Below are positions 11,769-23,846 of a DNA stretch of 64,000 nt, in pieces. The position numbers and the translations under genes were made by a program. Below the pieces are notes generated by a model. The model did no database searches. It worked only from the letters and a program-made list of their open reading frames with translations, and was not told where the DNA came from. The DNA is taken from assembly GCF_056746865.1 (NCBI RefSeq), contig NZ_CM163382.1. One strand, written 5' to 3'. The stretch's first letter is position 1; each line of letters opens with the position of its first letter.

Positions 11769-12596
11769 GTGGCGCGGATAAACCGTATTTCGATCACGCT
11801 CTGTGCTTTACTTTTTACCACCCTGCCTTTAACGCCTATGGCCCATGCTTCAAAGCAAGCCAGGGAGAGTTCTGCTACTACTCATATCACCAAAAAAGCA
11901 GATAAAAAGAAAAGCACGGCAACCACCAAAAAGACCCAGAAAGCCAGCCAGAAAACAGCGAAAAAAGCCGCCAGTAAAAGTACGATCAAAAGCAAAACCG
12001 CTTCTTCCGTTAAAAAATCTTCCATTACCGCTTCTAAAAACGCCAAAACTCGCAGCAAACACGCCGTCAATAAAACGGCCTCAGCCAGCTTTACCGAAAA
12101 GTGTACCAAACGTAAGGGCTATAAATCGCATTGTGTGAAAGTCAAAAATGCCGCGTCAGGAACTCTTGCCGACGCGCACAAAGCGAAGGTGCAAAAAGCC
12201 ACGAAAGTGGCAATGAATAAACTGATGCAGCAAATTGGTAAGCCATATCGTTGGGGTGGCAGCTCACCGCGTACCGGTTTTGATTGCAGCGGCCTGGTTT
12301 ATTACGCTTATAAAGATTTGGTGAAAATTCGTATTCCGCGTACGGCGAATGAAATGTATCACCTGCGCGATGCAGCGCCAATCGAACGTAGTGAACTGAA
12401 AAACGGCGACCTGGTCTTTTTCCGTACTCAGGGACGCGGTACAGCCGATCATGTCGGCGTGTATGTCGGCAACGGCAAATTTATTCAGTCACCGCGCACG
12501 GGTCAGGAAATTCAAATCACTTCTCTCAGTGAAGACTACTGGCAGCGCCACTATGTTGGCGCTCGTCGGGTAATGACCCCAAAAACACTTCGCTAA
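11769..12596 (+). CDS. mepH: NlpC/P60 peptidoglycan DD-endopeptidase MepH
   Basis: GTG-initiated ORF; signal peptide, Lys/Ser/Thr-rich linker, C-terminal NlpC/P60 domain (GFDCSGLVYYAY); exact start uncertain. Confidence 0.85.
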   Translation: MARINRISITLCALLFTTLPLTPMAHASKQARESSATTHITKKADKKKSTATTKKTQKASQKTAKKAASKSTIKSKTASSVKKSSITASKNAKTRSKHAVNKTASASFTEKCTKRKGYKSHCVKVKNAASGTLADAHKAKVQKATKVAMNKLMQQIGKPYRWGGSSPRTGFDCSGLVYYAYKDLVKIRIPRTANEMYHLRDAAPIERSELKNGDLVFFRTQGRGTADHVGVYVGNGKFIQSPRTGQEIQITSLSEDYWQRHYVGARRVMTPKTLR

Positions 12597-12723
12597 AACT
12601 TTACCCTGTTGTTACGGCAACAGGGTAAGTTCATCTTTTGTCTCACCTTTTAATTTGCTACCCTATCCATACGCACAATAAGGCTATTGTACGTATGCAA
12701 ATTAATAATAAAGGAGAGTAGCA

Positions 12724-13305
12724 ATGTCATTCGAATTACCTGCACTACCATATGCTAAAGATGCTCTGGCACCGCACATTTCTGCGGAAACCATCGAGTA
12801 TCACTACGGCAAGCATCATCAGACTTATGTCACTAACCTGAACAACCTGATCAAAGGTACCGCGTTTGAAGGTAAATCACTGGAAGAGATTATTCGCAGC
12901 TCTGAAGGTGGTGTATTCAACAACGCAGCTCAGGTCTGGAACCATACTTTCTACTGGAACTGCCTGGCACCGAACGCGGGTGGCGAACCGACTGGAAAAG
13001 TCGCTGAAGCTATCGCCGCATCTTTTGGCAGCTTTGCCGATTTCAAAGCTCAGTTTACTGATGCAGCGATCAAAAACTTTGGTTCTGGCTGGACCTGGCT
13101 GGTGAAAAACAGCGATGGCAAACTGGCTATCGTTTCAACCTCTAACGCGGGTACTCCACTGACCACCGATGCAACTCCGCTGCTGACCGTTGATGTCTGG
13201 GAACACGCTTATTACATCGACTATCGCAATGCACGTCCTGGCTATCTGGAGCACTTCTGGGCGCTGGTGAACTGGGAATTCGTAGCGAAAAATCTCGCTG
13301 CATAA
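12724..13305 (+). CDS. sodB: Iron superoxide dismutase
   Basis: 193-aa [23 protein letters not shown]..., Fe/Mn SOD signature DVWEHAYY. Confidence 0.97.
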   Translation: MSFELPALPYAKDALAPHISAETIEYHYGKHHQTYVTNLNNLIKGTAFEGKSLEEIIRSSEGGVFNNAAQVWNHTFYWNCLAPNAGGEPTGKVAEAIAASFGSFADFKAQFTDAAIKNFGSGWTWLVKNSDGKLAIVSTSNAGTPLTTDATPLLTVDVWEHAYYIDYRNARPGYLEHFWALVNWEFVAKNLAA

Positions 13306-13327
13306 TAACTGATGGCAAATGCAACAT

Positions 13328-13387
13328 TGCCTGATGCGCTTCGCTTACCATACCAACTCGGATGAAGCGTTAACACTGCATCCGGCA
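13328..13387. repeat. Degenerate REP/BIME-like palindromic element pair
   Basis: TGCCTGATGCGCTTCGCTTACC... and its partner ...GCATCCGGCA resemble the REP consensus (GCCTGATGCG / GCCGGATGCG) in inverted orientation. Confidence 0.4.
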
Positions 13388-13416
13388 AGATAAATCGCAC
13401 GTTGCCAGCAACTGTA

Positions 13417-13447
13417 ACGCAGAAGGTTATCCTTCTGCGTTTTTATT
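13417..13447 (+). terminator. Rho-independent terminator downstream of sodB
   Basis: AACGCAGAAGG-TTAT-CCTTCTGCGTT hairpin followed by TTTTATTT. Confidence 0.7.
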
Positions 13448-13450
13448 TAA

Positions 13451-14620
13451 TTAGCTGTTGGCAACGCAAACTGTTTCAGGTTGTTTTCTGGCTGACATAA
13501 ACACCAGCAATAATGCCAGTCCCGCGACAATCGCCCCCATCACCGGCACAAAACTGTATCCCAGCCCAGCGGAAATTACCGCACCACCAGCAGCTGCTCC
13601 CAGAGCATTTCCAAGATTAAAGGCACCAATATTGACTGATGAAGACAGACCTGGCGCTTCACTGGCGACACGCATCACGCGCATCTGTAACGGCGGTACG
13701 ACCGCAAAGGTTGCAGCTCCCCACACCACCATGCTAATAGCTGCGCCGAACTCATTGCGGGCCAGGAACGGGATTGCCAGCATAATCACCATCAGCAGCA
13801 ACAAAAAGCCTTTCAACGTGCCGTTAACTGAACGATCTGCCAGTTTGCCGCCGAGATAGTTACCGATAGAGAATCCGACACCAATCAGCACCAGCATTGC
13901 CGTGACGAACACCGGCGTTGCGTGGGTAATGCTTTGCAGTACCGGAGAGATATAGGTGTAGAGGGTAAACATTGCACCAGCTCCCAGTACCGTCGTCAGC
14001 AATGCAGACAGCACCTGCGGACGCATTAATACCGCCAGCTCTTTTTTCACTTCAGGTCGCGCCCCTGCGCCACCTTTAGGTAATGAGAAGAACAGACTTA
14101 CCATTGAAATCACGCCCAGCCCCGCCGTTGCCAGAAATGACATCCGCCAGCCGATGGTTTCGCCCAACCAGGTCGCTGCCGGAACGCCACCGATATTTGC
14201 CAGGGTTAACCCCATAAACATAGTGGCAACTGCGCTGGCCTGTTTATGTTTTGGCACCACGCTTGCGGCCACAACTGAACCCAAACCAAAAAATGCTCCG
14301 TGATTCAGGCTGGTCAAAATGCGTGAAAGCATGAGAGTCATATAATCCGGCGCGATGGCGGAAAGTACGTTGCCGAGCGTGAAAATCGCCATCAGGAAAA
14401 TCAACGCACTGCGGCGGGCACGATGAGAAAGTAGAAGCGTCATCAGCGGCGCGCCCACCATTACGCCAACTGCATAGGCACTGATTAACATTCCGGCAGC
14501 GGGAATCGAGACATCCACACCGCGCGCAATGACGGGCAATAAGCCCATTGGCGAGAACTCCGTTGTCCCGATACCAAACGCGCCAATCGCCAGCGCCAGC
14601 AACGGATAGTTAATTTTCAT
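13451..14620 (-). CDS. ydhP: MFS transporter
   Basis: 389-aa ORF with 12 predicted TM segments. Confidence 0.9.
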   Translation of the reverse strand: MKINYPLLALAIGAFGIGTTEFSPMGLLPVIARGVDVSIPAAGMLISAYAVGVMVGAPLMTLLLSHRARRSALIFLMAIFTLGNVLSAIAPDYMTLMLSRILTSLNHGAFFGLGSVVAASVVPKHKQASAVATMFMGLTLANIGGVPAATWLGETIGWRMSFLATAGLGVISMVSLFFSLPKGGAGARPEVKKELAVLMRPQVLSALLTTVLGAGAMFTLYTYISPVLQSITHATPVFVTAMLVLIGVGFSIGNYLGGKLADRSVNGTLKGFLLLLMVIMLAIPFLARNEFGAAISMVVWGAATFAVVPPLQMRVMRVASEAPGLSSSVNIGAFNLGNALGAAAGGAVISAGLGYSFVPVMGAIVAGLALLLVFMSARKQPETVCVANS

Positions 14621-14785
14621 GCCTTATCTCCACCTCTTCGCGTCATTACGCGATATTCATTAAAGTGGCGAAAGCATGACAGCAATCACAAAAAAATGAA
14701 AATAACAAAAAGAGAAAACACTTTTGCCATTTTGCTAACAAACAGGAAGGAGATGCGAGGGAGAACGCGCTCCCTCGAGAGGAAA

Positions 14786-14875
14786 TCAGTGCAGCGCGGC
14801 AGTCAAACCCACGGCCACGATCAAACCGAGGACGATAATCGTTGTTACCAGTGAAAATTTAAGGTCGGTGCTCAT
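14786..14875 (-). CDS. ynhF: Small membrane protein (29 aa)
   Basis: Hand translation of the minus strand gives MSTDLKFSLVTTIIVLGLIVAVGLTAALH with a stop; not in the ORF track because it is short; sits where K-12 ynhF lies between ydhP and purR. Confidence 0.7.
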   Translation of the reverse strand: MSTDLKFSLVTTIIVLGLIVAVGLTAALH

Positions 14876-15113
14876 CAAGTTTTCTCCTTTTTTATTACCA
14901 CACAAAAAGTGATATTACGCATTTTTACACACTGTGATGAAAAAATCTCCCGTCATTTATAATGATAAGTGTTTTTACCACTTCCCCTTTTCGTCAAGAT
15001 CGGCCAAAATTCCACGCTTACACTATTTGCGTACTGGCCATTGACCCCTTCCTGACGCTCCGTGTCGTTTTTCCGGCGTACCGCAACACTTTTGTTGTGC
15101 GTAAGGTGTGTAA

Positions 15114-15129
15114 AGGCAAACGTTTACCT
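15114..15129. promoter_or_regulatory. PUR box (PurR operator) in the purR leader, consistent with autoregulation
   Basis: AGGCAAACGTTTACCT, a 16-bp near-palindrome matching the PurR consensus ACGCAAACGTTTTCNT, 45 bp upstream of the purR ATG. Confidence 0.55.
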
Positions 15130-15173
15130 TGCGATTTTGCAGGAGCTGAAGTTAGGGTCTGGAGTGAAATGGA

Positions 15174-16199
15174 ATGGCAACAATAAAAGATGTAGCGAAA
15201 CGAGCAAACGTTTCCACTACAACTGTGTCACACGTGATCAACAAAACACGTTTCGTCGCTGAAGAAACGCGCAACGCCGTGTGGGCAGCGATCAAAGAAT
15301 TACACTACTCCCCTAGCGCGGTGGCGCGTAGTCTGAAGGTTAACCACACCAAGTCTATCGGTTTGCTGGCGACCAGCAGCGAAGCGGCCTATTTTGCCGA
15401 GATCATTGAAGCGGTTGAAAAAAATTGCTTCCAGAAAGGTTACACCCTGATTCTGGGCAATGCGTGGAACAATCTTGAGAAACAGCGGGCTTATCTGTCG
15501 ATGATGGCGCAAAAACGCGTCGATGGTCTGCTGGTGATGTGTTCTGAGTACCCAGAGCCGTTGCTGGCGATGCTGGAAGAGTATCGCCATATCCCAATGG
15601 TGGTGATGGACTGGGGTGAAGCAAAAGCTGACTTCACCGATGCGGTCATTGATAACGCGTTCGAAGGCGGCTACATGGCCGGGCGTTATCTGATTGAACG
15701 CGGTCACCGCGAAATCGGCGTTATCCCTGGCCCGCTGGAACGTAACACCGGCGCAGGCCGCCTTGCCGGTTTTATGAAGGCGATGGAAGAAGCGATGATC
15801 AAGGTGCCGGAAAGCTGGATTGTGCAGGGTGACTTTGAACCCGAATCTGGTTATCGCGCCATGCAGCAAATCCTGTCGCAGCCGCATCGCCCTACTGCCG
15901 TCTTCTGTGGTGGCGATATCATGGCAATGGGCGCACTTTGTGCTGCTGATGAAATGGGTCTGCGTGTCCCGCAGGATGTTTCGCTGATCGGGTATGATAA
16001 CGTGCGCAACGCCCGCTATTTTACGCCGGCGCTGACCACGATCCATCAGCCAAAAGATTCGCTGGGCGAAACGGCGTTCAACATGCTGTTGGATCGTATC
16101 GTCAATAAACGCGAAGAACCGCAATCCATTGAAGTGCATCCGCGGTTGATTGAACGCCGCTCCGTGGCTGACGGCCCGTTCCGCGACTATCGTCGTTAA
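15174..16199 (+). CDS. purR: Purine repressor PurR (LacI family)
   Basis: 341-aa [27 protein letters not shown]... with LacI-type HTH. Confidence 0.97.
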
Positions 16200-17128
16200 T
16201 CACCCGTTGCGGGAGTCTCTTCCGGCTCCCGCAGCCACTCCTTATTCAGCGTCTCACTATCGCCGAGATACTCAAGCAACCAGGTTAACGCAGGCGACAT
16301 ATCATTTTGCTGCCATGTCAGACAACATGCCGAATCCGGGAAGGGGTTTTCCAGTTCTAGTGCTACCCACTTACCCTCATTAAGCCACGGTTTGGCGAAA
16401 TGTGTTGGCACCATCCCTATGCATAATCCTGCCGAGATACAGGTTGCCGATGATTCCCAGTCAGGCACGACAAGTCTTTTTTGGTTATCCAGCAACCAGG
16501 TAATACGTTTAGGTAGCGTTCGCGAGGTGTCTTCGCGCACCAACGACGGCCAGTTGCGCAACGTATCATCGCTGAACGGGCCATCCATCAACGCCAGCGG
16601 GTGGTGACTGGCAACAACGCAACTCCAGCTTAGCATCCCCATATCCCGGAAGGCATAACGACCGCCTACCGGAATCGCGCGTGTTGCGCCAATCGCCAGT
16701 TCCACGCGCCCGTCGGAAAGCGCATCCCAGACACCGTTGAACACTTCCTGAAAGACAAGAAGTTCGACATCATCAAAATGGCGATAAAAATCAACGATCA
16801 TCTGCCGTGTACGTTCTGGCCTGACAATATTATCCACTGCGATAGCTAACTGACCGCGCCAGCCGTTCGCTATCTGCTGACATTGCTGCCGGGTGATCTG
16901 CATTTTTTTGACAACAGAGCGCCCTTCTTTGAGAAACCACGCCCCGGCAGCGGTCAGTTCCACATCACGGTGACGTCGTTCAAACAGCGGCACCGCCAGC
17001 CACTCTTCCAGCTGACGCACGGTATAGCTGACCGCAGAAGGAACGCGATGCAACTCCTGTGCCGCAGCGCTAAAACTACCATTACGCGCTACCGCATCAA
17101 CAACTTCGAGTGAATATTCTGACCACAT
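16196..17128 (-). CDS. punR: LysR-family transcriptional regulator (PunR/YdhB)
   Basis: 310-aa ORF with N-terminal LysR HTH; divergent from punC. Confidence 0.9.
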
Positions 17129-17240
17129 AGTCTGCCTGCAAAATTTTTGAAACCAGTCATCAAATATTACCGTTTCACAACACTAATTTCACTCCCTACA
17201 CTTTGCGGCGGTGTTTAATTGAGAGATTTAGAGAATATAC

Positions 17241-18452
17241 ATGCAACCTGGGAAAAGATTTTTAGTCTGGCTGGCGGGTTTGAGCGTACTCGGTTTTCTG
17301 GCAACCGATATGTATCTGCCTGCTTTCGCCGCCATACAGGCCGACCTGCAAACGCCTGCGTCTGCTGTCAGTGCCAGCCTTAGTCTGTTCCTTGCCGGTT
17401 TTGCCGCAGCCCAGCTTCTGTGGGGGCCGCTCTCCGACCGTTATGGTCGTAAACCGGTATTATTAATCGGCCTGACAATTTTTGCGTTAGGTAGTCTGGG
17501 GATGCTGTGGGTAGAAAACGCCGCTACGCTGCTGGTATTGCGTTTTGTACAGGCTGTGGGTGTCTGCGCCGCGGCGGTTATCTGGCAAGCGTTAGTGACG
17601 GATTATTATCCTTCACAGAAAGTTAACCGTATTTTTGCGACCATCATGCCGCTGGTGGGTCTATCTCCGGCACTGGCTCCTCTGTTAGGAAGCTGGCTGC
17701 TGGTCCATTTTTCCTGGCAGGCGATTTTCGCCACCCTGTTTGCCATTACCGTGGTGCTGATTCTGCCTATTTTCTGGCTCAAACCCACGACGAAGGCCCG
17801 TAACAATAGTCAGGATGGTCTGACCTTTACCGACCTGCTACGTTCTAAAACCTATCGCGGCAACGTGCTGATATATGCGGCCTGTTCAGCCAGTTTTTTT
17901 GCATGGCTGACCGGCTCACCGTTCATCCTTAGTGAAATGGGCTACAGCCCGGCAGTTATTGGTTTAAGTTATGTCCCGCAAACTATCGCGTTTCTGATTG
18001 GTGGTTATGGCTGTCGCGCCGCACTGCAGAAATGGCAAGGCAAGCAGTTATTACCGTGGTTGCTGGTACTGTTTGCTGTCAGCGTCATTGCGACCTGGGC
18101 TGCGGGCTTCATTAGCCATGTGTCGCTAGTCGAAATCCTGATCCCATTCTGTGTGATGGCGATTGCCAATGGCGCGATCTACCCGATTGTTGTCGCCCAG
18201 GCGCTGCGTCCCTTCCCACATGCAACTGGTCGCGCCGCAGCGTTGCAGAACACTCTACAACTGGGTCTGTGCTTCCTCGCAAGTCTGGTAGTTTCCTGGC
18301 TTATCAGTATCAGCACGCCATTGCTCACCACCACCAGCGTGATGTTATCAACAGTAGTGCTGGTTGCTCTGGGTTACATGATGCAACGTTGTGAAGAAGT
18401 AGACTGCCAGAATCATGGCAATGCCGAAGTCGCTCATAGCGAATCACACTGA
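17241..18452 (+). CDS. punC: MFS transporter (purine nucleoside exporter PunC/YdhC)
   Basis: 403-aa ORF, Bcr/CflA-like MFS. Confidence 0.9.
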   Translation: MQPGKRFLVWLAGLSVLGFLATDMYLPAFAAIQADLQTPASAVSASLSLFLAGFAAAQLLWGPLSDRYGRKPVLLIGLTIFALGSLGMLWVENAATLLVLRFVQAVGVCAAAVIWQALVTDYYPSQKVNRIFATIMPLVGLSPALAPLLGSWLLVHFSWQAIFATLFAITVVLILPIFWLKPTTKARNNSQDGLTFTDLLRSKTYRGNVLIYAACSASFFAWLTGSPFILSEMGYSPAVIGLSYVPQTIAFLIGGYGCRAALQKWQGKQLLPWLLVLFAVSVIATWAAGFISHVSLVEILIPFCVMAIANGAIYPIVVAQALRPFPHATGRAAALQNTLQLGLCFLASLVVSWLISISTPLLTTTSVMLSTVVLVALGYMMQRCEEVDCQNHGNAEVAHSESH

Positions 18453-18742
18453 TCTATATCGATATGCTTATACTTAGGCTGCTAACAAAATTTTGTTGTA
18501 TGATTGAAATTAGCGGCCTATACTAATTTCGAGTTGTTAAAGCTACGATAAATATTATGTTTTTACGGGGACAGGATCGTTCCCGACTCGCTATGGATGG
18601 TCATTTCGGCAAGGGTTCCTCCTTTCCCTCTGTTCTACGTCGGATTATAGACTCGCGGTTTTTTCTGCGAGATTTCTCACAAAGCCCAAAAAGCGTCTAC
18701 GCTGTTTTAAGGTTCTGATCACCGACCAGTGATGGAGAAACT

Positions 18743-19891
18743 ATGAGTTCATCGTGTATAGAAGAAGTCAGTGTACCGGATGACAACTGGTACCGTATCG
18801 CCAACGAATTACTTAGCCGTGCCGGTATAGCCATTAACGGTTCTGCCCCGGCGGATATTCATGTGAAAAACCCCGATTTTTTTAAACGCGTTCTGCAGGA
18901 AGGATCGTTGGGGTTAGGCGAAAGTTATATGGATGGCTGGTGGGAATGTGACCGACTGGATATGTTTTTTAGCAAAGTCTTACGCGCAGGTCTCGAGAAC
19001 CAACTCCCCCATCATTTCAAAGACACGCTGCGTATTGCCGGCGCTCGTCTCTTCAATCTGCAGAGTAAAAAACGTGCCTGGATAGTCGGCAAAGAGCATT
19101 ACGATTTGGGTAATGACTTGTTCAGCCGCATGCTTGATCCCTTCATGCAATATTCCTGCGCTTACTGGAAAGATGCCGATAATCTGGAATCTGCCCAGCA
19201 GGCGAAGCTCAAAATGATTTGTGAAAAATTGCAGTTAAAACCAGGGATGCGCGTACTGGATATTGGCTGCGGCTGGGGCGGACTGGCGCACTACATGGCA
19301 TCTAATTATGACGTAAGCGTGGTTGGCGTCACCATTTCTGCCGAACAGCAAAAAATGGCTCAGGAACGCTGCGAAGGCCTGGATGTCACCATTTTGCTGC
19401 AAGATTATCGTGACCTGAACGACCAGTTTGATCGTATTGTTTCTGTGGGGATGTTCGAGCACGTCGGACCGAAAAATTACGATACCTATTTTGCGGTGGT
19501 GGATCGTAATTTGAAACCGGAAGGCATATTCCTGCTCCATACTATCGGTTCGAAAAAAACCGATCTGAATGTTGATCCCTGGATTAATAAATATATTTTT
19601 CCGAACGGTTGCCTGCCCTCTGTACGCCAGATTGCTCAGTCCAGCGAACCCCACTTTGTGATGGAAGACTGGCATAACTTCGGTGCTGATTACGATACTA
19701 CGTTGATGGCGTGGTATGAACGATTCCTCGCCGCATGGCCAGAAATTGCGGATAACTACAGTGAACGCTTTAAACGGATGTTTACCTATTATCTGAATGC
19801 CTGTGCGGGTGCTTTCCGCGCCCGTGATATTCAGCTCTGGCAGGTCGTGTTCTCACGCGGTGTTGAAAACGGCCTTCGAGTGGCTCGCTAA
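18743..19891 (+). CDS. cfa: Cyclopropane-fatty-acyl-phospholipid synthase
   Basis: 382-aa ORF with SAM-binding motif VLDIGCGWG. Confidence 0.96.
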   Translation: MSSSCIEEVSVPDDNWYRIANELLSRAGIAINGSAPADIHVKNPDFFKRVLQEGSLGLGESYMDGWWECDRLDMFFSKVLRAGLENQLPHHFKDTLRIAGARLFNLQSKKRAWIVGKEHYDLGNDLFSRMLDPFMQYSCAYWKDADNLESAQQAKLKMICEKLQLKPGMRVLDIGCGWGGLAHYMASNYDVSVVGVTISAEQQKMAQERCEGLDVTILLQDYRDLNDQFDRIVSVGMFEHVGPKNYDTYFAVVDRNLKPEGIFLLHTIGSKKTDLNVDPWINKYIFPNGCLPSVRQIAQSSEPHFVMEDWHNFGADYDTTLMAWYERFLAAWPEIADNYSERFKRMFTYYLNACAGAFRARDIQLWQVVFSRGVENGLRVAR

Positions 19892-19900
19892 AGGCTATTC

Positions 19901-19923
19901 TATCGCCCCCTCTCCGGGGGCGA
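19901..19923. terminator. Hairpin between convergent cfa and ribC (candidate bidirectional terminator)
   Basis: ATCGCCCCC-TCTCC-GGGGGCGAT perfect 9-bp GC-rich stem. Confidence 0.5.
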
Positions 19924-19930
19924 TTTCAGA

Positions 19931-20572
19931 TCAGGCTTCTGTACCTGGTTGATTCATGGCATTTTCTCGTGCCGCCAGCACTCGTTCTACCGTATCTACC
20001 ACTGCCTGAGTTTGTGGATCGATTTCAATGTTGACGCGTGCGCCAAGTTTTTTCTTCCCAAGAGTCGTGCGTTCCAGTGTTTCCGGAATTAAATGGACGC
20101 AAAAACGCGTTGGCGTGACTTCACCGACGGTCAGGCTAATACCGTCGATGCCAATAAATCCTTTGTACAGAATATATTTCATCAACTGACTATCCTGGAC
20201 TTTAAACCAGATCTGGCGATTATTTTCCGAGGTTAATATTTTCGCCACTTCAGCGGTGGTCATAATATGACCTGACATTAAGTGTCCGCCAATTTCATCA
20301 CTGAATTTCGCCGCACGCTCAACGTTTACCCAATCCCCCACTTTTAAATCGCCAAGATTGGTAATGCGTAACGTTTCTTTCATCAGGTCAAAACTGACAT
20401 GGTTGCCGTTAATTTCCGTCACGGTCAGGCAGCAACCGTTATGCGCCACGGAAGCACCGGTTTCCAGACCGTCCAGCATGTGGTCGGGTAACTCCACCAC
20501 ATGTGTGCGAAAATTTGGTTTCTCGTCAATCGACACCAGTTTTGCGGTGCCCTGTACAATCCCCGTAAACAT
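19931..20572 (-). CDS. ribC: Riboflavin synthase
   Basis: 213-aa [23 protein letters not shown]... with the lumazine-binding repeat. Confidence 0.95.
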   Translation of the reverse strand: MFTGIVQGTAKLVSIDEKPNFRTHVVELPDHMLDGLETGASVAHNGCCLTVTEINGNHVSFDLMKETLRITNLGDLKVGDWVNVERAAKFSDEIGGHLMSGHIMTTAEVAKILTSENNRQIWFKVQDSQLMKYILYKGFIGIDGISLTVGEVTPTRFCVHLIPETLERTTLGKKKLGARVNIEIDPQTQAVVDTVERVLAARENAMNQPGTEA

Positions 20573-20765
20573 ACTTACAACTCCTGAAATCAGTTAAGAC
20601 ATTCTGTTCAGCACAATAGCAGGTGGAAAACGCCCTTACCAGTGAAGGGGTAAGAATGACTATTTTTTCACTGGAGAATTAATAAATCCTCGCTACAATA
20701 GACTGAATTTCCCCTGCTTCTTCTTTTTGCTGCCCATTCAGGCGGCTTTTTAGTCTCTCATATAA

Positions 20766-22160
<1,395 letters not shown>

Positions 22161-22169
22161 TAAAGACAA

Positions 22170-22203
22170 GGCGCAAACTTCACGGGTTGCGCCTGTGTTT
22201 TTA
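22170..22203 (+). terminator. Rho-independent terminator downstream of mdtK
   Basis: GGCGCAA...TTGCGCC stem followed by TGTGTTTTTA. Confidence 0.55.
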
Positions 22204-23457
22204 CGCAGGCTGGAGCGTTGCGCCAATCCCGTCTTCGTCTGGCTGTAGTTTCAGTGCGTTACACAGAGTTTGCCGACTGGCATCTGTTATCTCAACGTGT
22301 ATATCACCAGTAACTTCCCCTTTCACATTGATGAAGTCAGGTGAAATTTCTTTCGCACTGGTTTGCAGGCAAATGGCTCCCTCTCCACGCAGGCGTTTCA
22401 CTTTCAGTTGCACATGCGTTGCCGCACCAGTGATTAGCCACAGTTTTCCGCCATTTAGATTGATGTTACCAACATTGAAAGTGACACTGTCACCTTTTAC
22501 CATACTGCCGTCGAGAATCAATACACCGCCCTGCTGTACAGTAATCGTTGATTGTTGCAGATCTGCGCCATAGCCAATAATCATTGAAGCGCCGTCCAGT
22601 AATGCAACACTACCGGTCAGTTCAACCGGTGCGCGATCTTCCTCTACGACAAAATTTTCGTCCGCGCTGGTGGGTGACAACAGGATGACTGTCCCACCTT
22701 GTATTACCGCATTTTCCAGCGTACCGGCATGCACTTCAGCCCGACCACCCACATTAACGGACAGGTTTTGCGTCTTACCGGAACTGTAGAGCTGAAGACC
22801 ATCCGTCCCCAGACGATAAGTGGATCCATTCTCAACAATAGTGTCAGAGTCTTCACCACCGAGATTATTCATGGTGCCACCAGCAAGCAATGTATCACTG
22901 GCTTTCCCCGCCAGCATAAAAACGCCGCCCTGATTAATCTCACAATTGCTGGCTTCCCCACCTGGATACACCAACAATTCACCACCTTCATCTACCACGA
23001 CCGCTGAGGTTGTCCCATTGACCAACAGGCCACCCTCTTGATCGAGAATAATTTTTTCCGCGCGATGGCCTTCCAGTACACGCAGGTTACCGCCATTTTC
23101 CAGCAACAAACCGCAGGCATAACCTTTATCAACGCTGAATTCACCTTCGGGATGGCGGCCATTAACCGTAGCGAGCGTAGAGAGACTAATTGCGCCTCCC
23201 TCGGACTGAACAATATCTGTGGCAATGGCACCGTCGCTGACCGATAGCGTGCCATTGTTGCCGTACTGTGTGCATTTGGCGATCCCACCGGTTGCCACTT
23301 TCAACCAGCCAGCCCCCGTGACCACGGTATTTTCGGCTCTTCCGCCAGCTTCAACAATTAACTCACCTTCAGTAAGTTGCGTCGCGCCAATGACCTCGCC
23401 GGTCTTAACAATTTGCACGTTCCCGTCGCTCATCAAGTTTTTCGCATCAGATCCCAT
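22201..23457 (-). CDS. ydhQ: Autotransporter passenger-like protein with no beta-barrel domain
   Basis: 418-aa ORF rich in Gly/Thr/Asn beta-helix-like repeats; no signal peptide or C-terminal barrel. Confidence 0.85.
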   Translation of the reverse strand: MGSDAKNLMSDGNVQIVKTGEVIGATQLTEGELIVEAGGRAENTVVTGAGWLKVATGGIAKCTQYGNNGTLSVSDGAIATDIVQSEGGAISLSTLATVNGRHPEGEFSVDKGYACGLLLENGGNLRVLEGHRAEKIILDQEGGLLVNGTTSAVVVDEGGELLVYPGGEASNCEINQGGVFMLAGKASDTLLAGGTMNNLGGEDSDTIVENGSTYRLGTDGLQLYSSGKTQNLSVNVGGRAEVHAGTLENAVIQGGTVILLSPTSADENFVVEEDRAPVELTGSVALLDGASMIIGYGADLQQSTITVQQGGVLILDGSMVKGDSVTFNVGNINLNGGKLWLITGAATHVQLKVKRLRGEGAICLQTSAKEISPDFINVKGEVTGDIHVEITDASRQTLCNALKLQPDEDGIGATLQPA

Positions 23458-23710
23458 GATTTATTCCTTTGCTGCATCTGTGTGCCTTTATTGCTACCTA
23501 AGTGTAAAGGCTACGGAGGATTTATCCACGACAGATTTTGAGATGGTGGCAAACAACTCTGTTTAAACTCTGATACACGGATTATTGGGTTGTATCTGAT
23601 GTAAATGCGATCCTGAATAAAAATCGCCCTTGCAAATCAACAAAATATAGCCAATTTGCTTAAAAGCTCTGCAAACGGTCGAAATAGCGCAGAAAATTAC
23701 GTTTTGCCTC

Positions 23711-23739
23711 TTGCCACCTTCCCACTCTGCCGCTAATAT
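23711..23739 (+). promoter_or_regulatory. Candidate sigma70 promoter of the valV-valW tRNA operon
   Basis: TTGCCA (-35), 17-bp spacer, TAATAT (-10), then GC-rich discriminator CGTCCCCG typical of stringently controlled stable-RNA promoters; about 27 bp upstream of valV. Confidence 0.5.
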
Positions 23740-23765
23740 TCGTCCCCGTTGTCACCTACAACGTT

Positions 23766-23842
23766 GCGTTCATAGCTCAGTTGGTTAGAGCACCACCTTG
23801 ACATGGTGGGGGTCGTTGGTTCGAGTCCAATTGAACGCACCA
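23766..23842 (+). tRNA. valV: tRNA-Val (anticodon GAC)
   Basis: 77-nt cloverleaf GCGTTCATAGCTCAGTTGGTTAGAGCACCACCTTGACATGG...TGAACGCACCA; anticodon GAC; encoded CCA. Confidence 0.97.
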
Positions 23843-23846
23843 TCCT

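Noticed and set aside
11845-12138. Lys/Pro-rich 97-aa alternative-frame ORF inside mepH
   Set aside because: Arises from the low-complexity Lys/Ser/Thr-rich linker region of mepH read out of frame; the in-frame mepH product carries the conserved NlpC/P60 domain.
15300-16139. 279-aa minus-strand ORF antisense to purR
   Set aside because: Lies entirely inside purR on the opposite strand; His/Arg-rich low-complexity translation; no RBS or promoter context.
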